From Ascoidea asiatica JCM 7603 (Eukaryota; Fungi; Ascomycota), in assembly GCA_001600695.1 (NCBI GenBank), contig BCKQ01000006.1, forward strand, positions 699,752 to 762,630: 62,879 nucleotides of DNA. The letters are read 5' to 3'. Each line of letters starts with the position of its first letter. Within the stretch, counting starts at the first letter, position 1. The notes under the pieces are model-generated. The model was not told the origin of the DNA and made no database searches. It worked only from the letters and a program-made list of their open reading frames with translations. Position numbers and translations under genes: made by a program. Positions 45,449 through 57,500 of the stretch are shown here, one piece after another.

Positions 45449-47785
45449 ATGGCAAAGGTGAAATCAAAGCAAAAACAAACTAAGGTGGTTAATTCATCAG
45501 AAAAAAATGAAAACTTGAATAGGAAGAGAAAGAATTCCGTAATAGAAAAAGTGGAAGCTAACAATAATAATGAGGAGGAAGAAGAACTTGAAGCATTAAT
45601 GAATGAAATAAAAGAATCTGATTTGGACAAATCTGACATTGATTCAAATTATGAGACAAACTCTGAAAGTGAGAATAGCACTTCTGATGGTGAGTTTGAC
45701 ACCGATTCAAAACCATTCTCTAAAACCTTATCAAATGCAGTTTCTTTTTCTGATGATGAAGTTTCCACGGATGAAGAAAGAGAGAATTTCAATACTATAG
45801 GAAATGTTCCAATATCTGCATATGATGAATTTCCTCATATTGGATATGATCTCAACGGAAAAAGAATTATGAGGCCTGCAAAAGGATCGGCTTTGGATCA
45901 ATTACTTGAATCCATAGATTTACCTGAGGGTTGGACTGGTTTGTTAGATCAAAATACAGGTACCTCATTAAAATTAACTGATGAAGAACTTGATTTGATT
46001 AAAAGATTATCTAAACACGAGAATGTGGATGATGATGTAAATCCTTATGAGCCAACTATTCAATGGTTTACAAGTAAAACTGAGATAATGCCGTTAACAG
46101 CCGTACCTGAACCTAAGAGAAGATTTGTTCCCTCAAAACATGAAGCTAAAAGAATAATGAAAATTGTGAAAGCAATAAGAGAAGGAAGAATTTTACCACC
46201 TTCAAAAGTTAAAGAATTGAGAGAAAAAAGAGAGCAGGAAGAATCGAATTATGATTTATGGGGTGATGAAAATGAAGAGAATAATCATATCATGAATCTT
46301 AGAGCTCCTAAATTACCACATCCAACCAATGAAGAAAGTTATAATCCTCCGGAAGAATATTTAATGACAAAAGAGGAGGAAGAAAATTGGGAAAAAATGG
46401 ATCCAGAGGATAGAGATAAAAATTTCAAACCCATGAAATATGATGCCTTAAGAAAAGTTCCAGGCTGGTCTGAAAGTGTAAGAGAACGATTTGAAAGATC
46501 TTTGGATTTATATCTAGCTCCTAGAGTCCGTAGAAGCAAGTTGGATATTGACCCAGATTCTTTAATACCAGATTTACCATCCCCAAAAGATTTGAGACCT
46601 TTCCCAATAATATGCTCAACCATTTTTTCTGGTCATAAAGATAAAATTAGAACAATTTCAGTAGACCCAACTGGGTTATGGTTAGCTACAGGCTCTGATG
46701 ATGGGTATGTGATTGTATGGGAAGTTTCTACTGGAAGAAACGTTTTTAATATTCAGATAGTAGAAGAAGAAAATAGACACGAAGATCATATCGACTGTTT
46801 AGAATGGAATCCAAATCCAGATACTGGAATTTTGGCAATTGTGGCTGCGGAATCAGTGTATCTTGTGGTTCCACCGATTTTTGGTTTCAGTATTGAAAAT
46901 AATGCAAAATTGGCAATTGAAGCTGGTTATGGTCATGATACTTTTGGAAATAAAGATAAAAAAGGGGATATTAATGTTGCTGATGATGAAGATAGTGAAG
47001 ATAAATATCCTGAAAGTGAGGGTGATGATGAAGGAACTAGACATAAAGCAAAAGTTCCTAAAGTCAAGCCTGTTGGAAAATGGCTCAAGCCAAGTAAGAT
47101 ACAGGCAGAAAAAGGGATATCTATTATCATTTCTACTGATAAAGTACTTAAAAGAGTATCATGGCATAGAAAAGGGGATTATTTGGTCACAACATCCCCT
47201 CAAGGTGCAAATAAATCTGTTTTGATACATCAATTATCCAAACATTTATCGCAAGCACCTTTTAGCAAATCTAAAGGAATCATTATGGATGCAAAGTTCC
47301 ATCCTACTAGACCGGAACTTTTTGTTGTTTCTCAAAGATATATTAGAATATATGATCTTGCAAAGCAGACATTAGCAAAAAAATTGATGCCTGGAGCAAG
47401 ATGGCTTAATAATATTGATATTCACCCTAGAGGTGATAATTTGATTGCTTCGTCTTTTGATAAAAGAGTTCTTTGGCATGATTTGGATTTATCAAGTACC
47501 CCTTATAAAATATTAAGATATCATGAAAGGGCTGTTAGAAGTATTAAATTTCATAAAGGTGGACTTCCTTTATTTGCATCCGCTAGTGACGATGGATCAA
47601 TACATGTTTTTCATGGAATGGTATACGATGATTTAATGACAAATCCTTTGTTGGTTCCATTAAAAAAATTAATGGGCCACGAAATTTTAAGTAATTTAGG
47701 TGTTTTAGATCTAATTTGGCATCCAAAAGAAGCTTGGCTATTTAGTGCTGGTGCTGATGGTACAGCAAGATTATGGACCACATAG
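45449..47785 (+). CDS. ERB1: ribosome biogenesis protein Erb1 (BOP1)
   Basis: [41 protein letters not shown]40 repeats, C-terminal [14 protein letters not shown]. Confidence 0.97.
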   Translation: MAKVKSKQKQTKVVNSSEKNENLNRKRKNSVIEKVEANNNNEEEEELEALMNEIKESDLDKSDIDSNYETNSESENSTSDGEFDTDSKPFSKTLSNAVSFSDDEVSTDEERENFNTIGNVPISAYDEFPHIGYDLNGKRIMRPAKGSALDQLLESIDLPEGWTGLLDQNTGTSLKLTDEELDLIKRLSKHENVDDDVNPYEPTIQWFTSKTEIMPLTAVPEPKRRFVPSKHEAKRIMKIVKAIREGRILPPSKVKELREKREQEESNYDLWGDENEENNHIMNLRAPKLPHPTNEESYNPPEEYLMTKEEEENWEKMDPEDRDKNFKPMKYDALRKVPGWSESVRERFERSLDLYLAPRVRRSKLDIDPDSLIPDLPSPKDLRPFPIICSTIFSGHKDKIRTISVDPTGLWLATGSDDGYVIVWEVSTGRNVFNIQIVEEENRHEDHIDCLEWNPNPDTGILAIVAAESVYLVVPPIFGFSIENNAKLAIEAGYGHDTFGNKDKKGDINVADDEDSEDKYPESEGDDEGTRHKAKVPKVKPVGKWLKPSKIQAEKGISIIISTDKVLKRVSWHRKGDYLVTTSPQGANKSVLIHQLSKHLSQAPFSKSKGIIMDAKFHPTRPELFVVSQRYIRIYDLAKQTLAKKLMPGARWLNNIDIHPRGDNLIASSFDKRVLWHDLDLSSTPYKILRYHERAVRSIKFHKGGLPLFASASDDGSIHVFHGMVYDDLMTNPLLVPLKKLMGHEILSNLGVLDLIWHPKEAWLFSAGADGTARLWTT

Positions 47786-48214
47786 TTTTAGTTATCATTA
47801 ATAAATAATTCTTATCATTAAATAATAGCACTAACCCACTTTTCGAAAAACAATTTAAAAAAGCAACAAAATCAAGTTAACATTTCAAACTACAAAAATT
47901 TTAAAAACAATTATTAGTATATATCCAAAACGTTTAATTGAAGGTGATAGATTAGAAAATGCACTGATGAAAAATTCTAGAAATCTATTATAAAAGATCA
48001 ATCATTAACCTGATTTTTGAGAAAACAAATATTAAAATGACTTGAAAATTGCTTATTAAAAGACATTCGAAATTAACAAAATTTTTCTACATCAAAAAAT
48101 ATTACGATGAAAATAATATACAATTAAAATAAAATAAAGGATATTAATGAATTAAATTCTAATTTAACCTAAATACTACTAAAATATAAGGAATAAACTA
48201 TTGAAAAGGTCTCT

Positions 48215-49072
48215 CTAAAGGAAGAATAAAGCACCTGCAACAGCAGCAATTAAAACTGCTGATTGTTTTGAAGCACCATTGGAAAATTCAACAATAGATG
48301 AAGTATTAGAGGCATTAGATGAAGCTTCAGTGGTTGGAACAACAGCAGTAGCAGAAACAGAAGCTGAACTCTTAGTTTTTGAAAGAGTAATGATTTTCTT
48401 TGTAGTTTTGTAAACAGTAACATCAGAAGAAGTTAATGGAACAAAAGAAGTTGCTTCAACAGTTGAACCTAATGAATTGGTAGTAGTAGAGACAGTGACA
48501 CCAGTAAGAACAGAACTAGTTACACAAGAGTCACCACTACAAGAAACAGTTGGGACGAGAGTTGAAGAAGAACATGTTTTCATAATAGTAGATGTAACTT
48601 CTTCAACACTTTCAGTGGTGATTGCAACGGATGAAGCTGGAACACTAACTGAAGAAACAACTGGAACGACAGCAGCTGATGAAACGACTGGAATAGCAGC
48701 GGCTGAGGATACAACTGGTACAACTGGAACAGCAGAAGATGGGTAATATGGAACAACACTTGAAGTAGGTTCAACTGGAGCAGCAGAAGCTGGAGAAGTA
48801 GAAGAAACATAAGTTTTAGTTGCTGTTAATGGACAGTAAGTAGTATATGCTGTAACAGTACCTTGGACGGTTTCAGTAACATAAGAAACACCAGTAGTAA
48901 CTTCTTTAACTGAACAAGCATCATTTTTACAATGAGTAGTAGTAAGAATAATGGTTTCGTCAGCAGTGACATATTCAACAGAAGTAACCATTGGGATAGT
49001 TGAATTTGATCCAGCACTAACTTGAGCAATGGCACAAGCTAAAACAGAAAGAACAGCAGTTGAGAATCTCAT
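48215..49072 (-). CDS. GPI cell-wall mannoprotein with flocculin type-3 repeat (Ccw12/Sed1/Pga59-like)
   Basis: MRFSTAVL signal peptide, TTTHCKNDAC..VTTGV..TAYTTYCPL repeat plus a degenerate second copy, S/T/V-rich body, FSNGA..AGALFFL GPI signal. Confidence 0.85.
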   Translation of the reverse strand: MRFSTAVLSVLACAIAQVSAGSNSTIPMVTSVEYVTADETIILTTTHCKNDACSVKEVTTGVSYVTETVQGTVTAYTTYCPLTATKTYVSSTSPASAAPVEPTSSVVPYYPSSAVPVVPVVSSAAAIPVVSSAAVVPVVSSVSVPASSVAITTESVEEVTSTIMKTCSSSTLVPTVSCSGDSCVTSSVLTGVTVSTTTNSLGSTVEATSFVPLTSSDVTVYKTTKKIITLSKTKSSASVSATAVVPTTEASSNASNTSSIVEFSNGASKQSAVLIAAVAGALFFL

Positions 49073-52000
49073 TGTTATGATAATAAATAATACTTGAGTT
49101 GAATAGATAAATAGATAAATAAATAATTAAATTAAAATTATTTGAGTTGATTTGTTTTAAAGCGAAAGACAAGAGAAGGTAAATAGACTATTTAATAAAA
49201 GAATGACTATGAATAAATTAAATAATTCCTTAATTTTAGAAAAGAGAATAAATTAATTTGATATTTTATGGGTGATTATTTTGAGATATTTATATTGAAG
49301 GATATAAAAGCAAAATCATAAAAGGCTTAAAAATAGTATGAAATTTAGGAACAAATTATTGAAAATAATATGGGAATTACCTGGTAACGAATTTAGAATT
49401 ATCTTTAATAGAATTATTATTAGTAGTACCTTTGAAGATTAAAACGAAAAAATTAAACTTCCGTAGTTTAATAGTCTGATAGTTCATTGTTGGCATACAT
49501 AGTGATTTGATTCAAAGAGAATTTTAACTGAAAACAAATATGCTAATACAGAATAGCAATAAACCTAATAAAGGGAAATGTAATGCTGATTGTAGTTGAG
49601 CCAAGAATTGTAAGGTATTTGTGTATTGATAGTACTAAATGATGATTTTTTTACCATTTATCTTTAAATTGAAAGGAGAATAGGTAAAGTTTATTGTAAC
49701 ATTAAAATTATAAGTTACAAGCTATTACAAATAGTAATATTCTAGAGTAATAAGCAGGTTGATATAGAATTTTTAATGATTAATAGCAATTAAATCAATT
49801 ACATATTCAACTCCTTAAAATGATATTTATCCAAAGTACTTACTTTATTGTAAATCACTTGATAATCTCTTAAATGAACCTGAAAAAGATGAAATTTTGA
49901 TTATTGAAATTACCATATTTCTTAAACTAAGTACTATTATTGTTTTGATAACTCTACAGCAAAACCCATATTGTAGTGAAATATTTGGGAATTTTCAAGG
50001 AATATTTCAAGGATGAATGATATGTAAGATCATGAAAGATTTCATTTTATTTTTTTATCATTTTTCTATAAAACAGGTTTAAATTCCAGATTCGAATAAT
50101 TGAATTGTGAGAATTAATAATATTATCATAACCTCAGTTAATGAGAATGAATACCATTAAATTAACGGCTTAGATAAATTCGTGTTTTATGCTATGATTT
50201 CTAGTAATACCCTACCTTTAGTAATGCACTGTTAACGAAAGGTTCAGTGAGGTGCCAGTAAGTTATCGAAAAACATTTCATTATATAATAGAAACAGATT
50301 TTTCAAATACTTTGAAAGATAGAAATTTTAGTCACGTTCTTACCCTCCAGTTTTAGAGATTTAAGAAATACTGGAGGGTTTGTTTTTTTCACAAACCTTT
50401 CTGGAATGATTAGTCACACAGACATGTAGAGATATCCATACAAATTCTAAAGTAGTGAAGCAGTAATTAACGATAGATTTTGAGCTTCAAATAAAAAAGT
50501 TTAGCTTGATTTCTAAGGAATTGCATAAAATTATAAGAATAAGAAAGGAAATTCGTAGTTTTGTGAAGAGTCTTATAATTAAGGGATAATATTTTCACCA
50601 AAATGTCCTATTGTAAAGTATTTTTCACTTCCCAGCCAAAAAAACTGGTCGTTTAATTAGTACAATAGAAAAAGATTTGCTTGGTCTGGAACTCTGGTAA
50701 AATCAATTAACGACACGCTTAAAAGATTCATAGTATAAGTTGTCCACTGTACCCTGCAGCTTAAATTTGACTTTTCCACCAATGAAAAGCGCTTCCAGTT
50801 AAAGTGTAAAAATGCCAAGATACTCAAGATATTCACTGCAAAATGAACAAGGGTTTAGAAAAAATATGATTAATTCACGTGATTTATACTGAAAACCAAT
50901 CAGTCTCTAGCAAAAAGGTCTTTTATTTCAACAGAGTTTGCTGTTGAACGACAAGTTAGGTGAAAGTTAAAGCCAAAACCAGGTGAAAGGGCCATGAAAT
51001 TTGTAGAGTGAGTTCAATTTTGTAAAATTTATTCTCAAATTATGAGTTAGGGCTCAGAATTTGAGCCCTTAAATAAATAATACATTCATACCAAGTAAAA
51101 TCTCATAGTTTTTGAAAATGAAAAAAGCAAACATTGATCAAAACTGTGTATTAACATTATTCCCAGGCTCCAATAGCATTTTTCAGAAGTCACTAGCCCC
51201 AACCTCCAAAATAACAAGCCTCATTTGAAGCAGTTTCTTGTGACACGCTTTTTGAAGAAGTTTGTGGTGATAATAAGTTAGTAAATAGCGCCTCCCTTAA
51301 CATCCGGGCGACTTTTATTTCAATAAACAAAAAAACAATGATACTTGTGGCTTAAGGAATGGCTTATGAGTATTTTTTGTATCGGGCAAATTATCAGAGT
51401 ATTTTGAATCAGGCAAATTTGCAGCGCCTCAACAAATCACCACATTTGCAATGCAACAAGAAACTCCCGTTTTCACAATACACGTGATTAGAGGCAGCCT
51501 AATGAATCCTTGGAGCTTTAGTAAGCAGAGTGTTGGCTTTTTTTTGGGATAACAATGCTACTGTAGGTTCTTTAGGAAGCAAGAGCAGTTGGTTTTTATC
51601 AAAATCTATTTTAGTATCTTAGAAAATGAATTTTACAAATGATACAAAAATATAGAAACTGGTTTTGATTTGATAATTTGATTCTGTGAAAGTTGAATAG
51701 GAATTGGAATTGGTTGGCTCACCATTCATAAGAAATGATAGAACACTGTAGTTGCTATTTCGCAGTAAACTTTCATTTTTGCGATTGTATTTTTTCTCAA
51801 TAAGATCTTTTTTTTGGCAAATTCTCTTACTTTCTTTTTCTTTCTGGGCAACCCTCAATTTATTCCAAATCGTAATGTTCTTGCACCATGGAATGGTTTC
51901 TTTCCTAAAGGCCCATGTTCAAAAAGTTGCTTTTCTCAATGTTTATTACTGCAGAAAAAGCACTTTCTTAAATCTCCCGCCATTTATGTGCTTTACATGA

Positions 52001-54590
52001 TTTCATGCTTTGCTGAAAAATTGGATCATATATTAAATCAAAACGATAATTCTGTGAAAAAAATATGTTTTCAAAATATTTTTAAGATCTGAAATTTCAT
52101 TTATCGCTTTTTAATCAAGGATAATATATAAATTTGGTAAGCTGGCAAATATATATTCATCAAAGAAAATTGATTACAATTACAAAACAAATATCAAACA
52201 CTTTATAATTAGGATATCTTCTTCCGAACTATTTTTTTTCATAGAAAAATTATTAAAATCTTTGACCTTTGAAAACCATAATTTTATTTTCTATTCAATC
52301 ATTGAGGACAGCCAAAGTATTTTCTAGAACCCAAACTTTTCGGAGGAAAAAAGTTTCAATTTTACAGTTACATATAAAACATTAAATCAACAAACCAATA
52401 AAAATTTAATCAATATAAAGGAAACATTATTTGATAAAAAAGACAACAGTTATATTCTCAACCTAACTATAATTTTTCAAAAAAATCGTTTTAAGAAGAA
52501 AATGAAAAGAAATTGAGCTTAACTGATAATTATCGCAATTTCTTTTTCTTAGAATAACTTTTCTGTATTATAAACTTTTTCAAATAATTAAATTGTCATA
52601 ACTTCAATTAAAACATTATTCTAAAGATTTACTGCTCTAAATTATATTTTATATTATTTTGGTAACCAAATAAATTTCATTTCTATCATAAAGGCTGAAT
52701 CGGGAATCATTCAAACTATATTTTTGTTTATTAGAAACTCTATTTAAATGTTTACATTTATATATCAGCTGAAATTTCATTTAGTCATAAATTTTATTCA
52801 AAAAATTTATGAATTTTTGGAAAGAGAATCTAAGAACTTTTGATATAAATATTTATGTTGAATAAGTGGGATGTTTTATTCGAAAAAATTTTTTTTTCCA
52901 ATCATTGAAATTTTAAGTTTCCGTTCAAAAATTTGGTAGTATCATTAAGATTAATTCTAATAAAAGAAAATTAATTCAAAAATGTAGGAACCTTGTAATC
53001 AGCTAAAATTCATGTTTTTTTTCTATTTCTTATGAGAAAAATCTAAATGAATAGACCGTGCCTTGTTAGACAATAAGTATTTTTTACCTTTTATTAGAAA
53101 ACATCAAAAATTAATAAAATCGTTTCTTTTTTCTTGAAATCACTATGGGAACCACATACTTTAAATCCAACAATCATCAAAAGTAATTAATTATTGTATT
53201 AGGAAAATTCACTCCTAGAACTATATTTTCTTTATTGTTCACTAACTAACTGGACAAAAGAATTTCTTTTTTTATACGCTAAAAAAACTTGTATGGAATA
53301 AATAATAAAAAATATTCTGAGTTGAATATATAAATAAATAAATTTAAACATATATTTTATCCATAAATAATTCTAATTGAAATTTCTGCCTAATTCTTCA
53401 TTTCATAATATAAGCTTTACTACTACTGTAGTATGAACGCGCTATATAACTAAAACTACCGAATTTTTTTGAAAATTTTGATGCATGAGTATTTAGTTTA
53501 AAGTAGTAAGTACTTAAGTTTATTGTGCATCTTCCTACCGAATTTAAAGCAGAATACAAATAAAGTTCTATCGGAAATAGAAAAATGACAAAACCGTTTG
53601 AAGGAGGAGGGAAATATTCTCGCTTTTCATTGGTTGTTAAAATGCTGCATTAGTTTTAACTTTTGGGCTGTATAACCTAAAAGTCCTTAAAAACAGTTTT
53701 TTTTGTAAACTGACTCCTTCCATAATACTTATTTCCTCAAAATAGAAGTTCTTTGTTAAACTTTCGGCATCTTAAAAACGGGAATAGAACTTTTCAGGTG
53801 ATAAAATAACGTATGGTAGCAAACATAAAACCTAATTTTGTTTATACGGAAATTTTTCAAACAAAATATCTAAGAATATAATTATAGTACTAAAAATAAA
53901 CAATAATTATATTAAGGTTATAATAATAAAATGAAGATCTATCTTGATCGTAAATTTTTTGAAAAAATGATTTTTTGGCAGTTTCTATGGAAGCATTTGT
54001 GGGCACTTTTTCATTTTGAACTTTAAAAAAACGTTAGATTTTCATGTTGTTCGGATGAACTTCATGTCAAATTCCTACACAGAAGTCATATATATGAAGC
54101 ATTTAACATTAACTTACAATTTTGCTTTGCAAAATAGAATACAGAAAGCTCTAAGAGGCACTAAGTCGGAGTTCTTTTATTCAAAATTTTGCTTGTTCTA
54201 TTGCAAATTTCTAGAAGAAAAACTGATTTTATTCATGGCTCTCAACTATTTTACCAATTAAATTGCCCCAGATAACAAAACACACATATTGCTAGAAAAA
54301 TGATTTTATTCAACATTCCCCAAAACTTGGAATAAGTATGCCCTCAAATTTTTTTTTAATACCATATTCGAAAAAAAAATTATCTTCTTTAGAATGCAGC
54401 AAAGCGCCTTCTATAAATTTTGTTCTGATTTGAAAATAATAGTAACTTGATGAGCAAAATATAAAATTACAAGAAAAAGATATAAAACAAATGGAAAATT
54501 CGATGTTTTTGAAAAACAGTTCAAGCTTTGAGATATATAAAACAAAATTGTCACAACTTGCAAACAAAAGGAGCTTCTTTATTTTTCAAA
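49073..54590. promoter_or_regulatory. 5.5-kb ORF-free divergent regulatory region between two wall-protein genes
   Basis: no credible ORF; GCCAAGA(A) at 49600 and 50814, GCCTC/GAGGC cluster 51218-51495, CACGTG at 50876 and 51481, several GAATG/CATTC, Tbf1-like palindrome 51047-51070. Confidence 0.55.
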
Positions 54591-57500
54591 ATGCGTGGGA
54601 TATCATTTCTATTTTTTTTCATTATACTTCTAAAATTAGTGTATTCTGCAACAACGACAAACTCAGAAATATTTCCAACCTGTACATCCTATGATTATGG
54701 AGCATATGATAATAATCCTAAGGCAACAATTCAATATTCAAATTTAGAGCATATCTCTGACAATAATTATAAAATTACCCTCGATTTCAACTGTCCAGAT
54801 GCTTTATCTGTTTCTGCTATTTCCGAGCTTAAAATAATTGGCCTTACAGTTCCTTCAGGTTACAGTGGAACCAAAGTTTTATACAGTGATAATTCAAAAG
54901 TATATGATATTGAAGATCCTGGAAGTTGGTCAGCAGATCTTGTTATTCAAGCAACTAAATATGATGATATCTCTTGTATTTCATCATTTCAGGTTCAATA
55001 TGATTGGTGTTATAATACAGGACTAAAAGATAAAACCGGTCAATGTTCAAATTGGGAGTACTCAACTAGTTACGATTATTCTTTTGCCTGCGCACCTCAA
55101 GCTGATTTTCCAGAATATTGTTGGTCAAATACATTAGCAACTTCCACAAGTACTTCAACTAAAACTACTGCAACTGTCGCCAGTTTAACCAAATGTACTA
55201 CCACAACCTCAACTAAACCTGTCGTTAATAATCCAACAACAACAACATCAATTAAAGAAAGTTCAACTACATGTACTACATCATTGAAAAAGGAAACTAA
55301 GAGTGCAAGTACTTTAGAAAAGAAAGAATTTAGTTCTATAATAGAAATTAGAAGCTCCACTCTCTCAGTTAGCCGAACAAGTAACATTCAAAGCTCATAT
55401 ATGTCAAGCATTTCAACAAGCTCAACTGATTCCGAAATATTTCCAACTTGCACATCCTATGATTATGGAGCATATGATAATAATCCTAAGGCAACAATTC
55501 AATATTCAAATTTAGAGCATATCTCTGACAATAATTATAAAATTACCCTCGATTTCAACTGTCCAGATGCTTTATCTGTTTCTGCTATTTCCGAGCTTAA
55601 AATAATTGGCCTTACAGTTCCTTCAGGTTACAGTGGAACCAAAGTTTTATACAGTGATAATTCAAAAGTATATGATATTGAAGATCCTGGAAGTTGGTCA
55701 GCAGATCTTGTTATTCAAGCAACTAAATATGATGATATCTCTTGTATTTCATCATTTCAGGTTCAATATGATTGGTGTTATAATACAGGACTAAAAGATA
55801 AAACCGGTCAATGTTCAAATTGGGAGTACTCAACTAGTTACGATTATTCTTTTGCCTGCGCACCTCAAGCTGATTTTCCACAATATTGTTGGTCCAATAA
55901 AATTACATCAAGCTCAGCTTTGATAATATCATCTTCTACAAATAGTATTTCTGATGTAACCAGCAGTTTACCAATATCATCATTTTCAACTTCACCCATT
56001 TCAATAAGTCAACCAAGCTCATCATCAATGGTTAGTTATTCAAGCAAAGTTCCAAAAGCTTTTAGTTCTTCATACCTCAGTTCTCTATATTCTGACTATT
56101 CAATTACAACCTCATTCTCAACTGATCAACCAAGCTCTTCATCAACGACTAGTTATTTGAATAGAGCTTCTAGTTCTTCACCCCTAAGTTCTTCATATAT
56201 TAACTCCTTACCTATTGGAGTTAGTCAATCAAGTTCTTTATTGATGGTTAGTCATTCAAGTGAAGGTCCAAAAACTTTTAGTTTTTCTTCCCATAGCTCT
56301 CTATCCATTAGTTCTTCATCCATTTCAACTGATCAACCAATCTCTTCATCAATGACTAGTTATTCTAATGAAGTTCCTAATACTTCCAGTTCTTTATCGC
56401 ATAGTTCCTCGTGCTTTAGCTCTTCATCCAATTCAACTGGTCAGTCAAGTCCTTCATCAAAGGTTAGCTATTCAGGTGAGGTTACCAAAGCTTTTAGTTT
56501 TTCATCCCTTGACTCTGTACCATCAATGGATAGTTATTCAAGAGAAACTACTCAAAGTTTTAGCTCTTCATCCCTTAGTTCCTCATATTTAGGCACTTCC
56601 TTTACAACTGCATCTATTTCAAATAGCCAAACAAGTTTAACATCAATGATGGGATATTTAAGTGAAACTCCTAATACTTTTAGATCTTCATACTCTGACT
56701 CTTCACCCATTTCAAGTGGTCAACCAAGTTCTTCATCAATAACTAATTATTTAAATGGAGCTTCTAGTTCTTTATCCGTTAGTTCCTCATACTCTGGGGT
56801 TTCATCTATTTCAGTTAGCCAACGAAGTTCATTATCAATTACTAGTTTTTCAAGTGAAGTTCCAAAGGATTTTAGTTTTTCAACTCTTATTTCTTCAGCC
56901 CTTAGTTCCCCATACTCTAGCTCTTTATATATTTCAATTAGTCAACAAAGTTCATCATTAATCGGTAGTTTTTCAAGTGAAGTTCCAAAGGCTTTTAGTT
57001 CTTCAGCCCTTAGTTCTTCATACTCTGACTCCCCAATTACAACTTCACCCATTTCAATTAGTCAGTCAAGTTCTTCATCAATGGCTAGTTATTCAAGCAA
57101 AATTCCTAAAGTTTTTAGTTCTTCATTTGTAACATCACCATCATTACCAGCTGTAACTTTCTCCTCCACCTCATCAATTTTTATTTCAAGTGTTGCCCCA
57201 TCATCAATAATTCCTAATAGAAACAGTATCTCTTCTAAAACGGATTTAGGAACATCGGTTTCAATGCAAACTATATCCAGCAATATGGATGCTTACTCTA
57301 AATCAATCCAAAAAAATAGTATTACTCATTCGTCTTCTTATATAAATACGGGATATTTTTACTCAAATTCATCTCTTGTGTCCACAAATAAACCAGTTGA
57401 GTCCTCCAATAGTCAATCAAATGAAAAGAGTACATCGCTAATAACAAGTACAGCCATTTTCATACCGTCTTCAGAATTAGCAACTGAAGCCAGTAAATCA

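Noticed and set aside
50870-51490. Point centromere (CDEI RTCACRTG at 50876 or 51481)
   Set aside because: No highly AT-rich CDEII followed by a CCGAA CDEIII at the expected distance
53080-53105. U5 snRNA loop-1 look-alike (ACCTTTTATTAGAAAACATC)
   Set aside because: The invariant GCCUUUUAC is not matched and there is no supporting stem; chance match in AT-rich DNA
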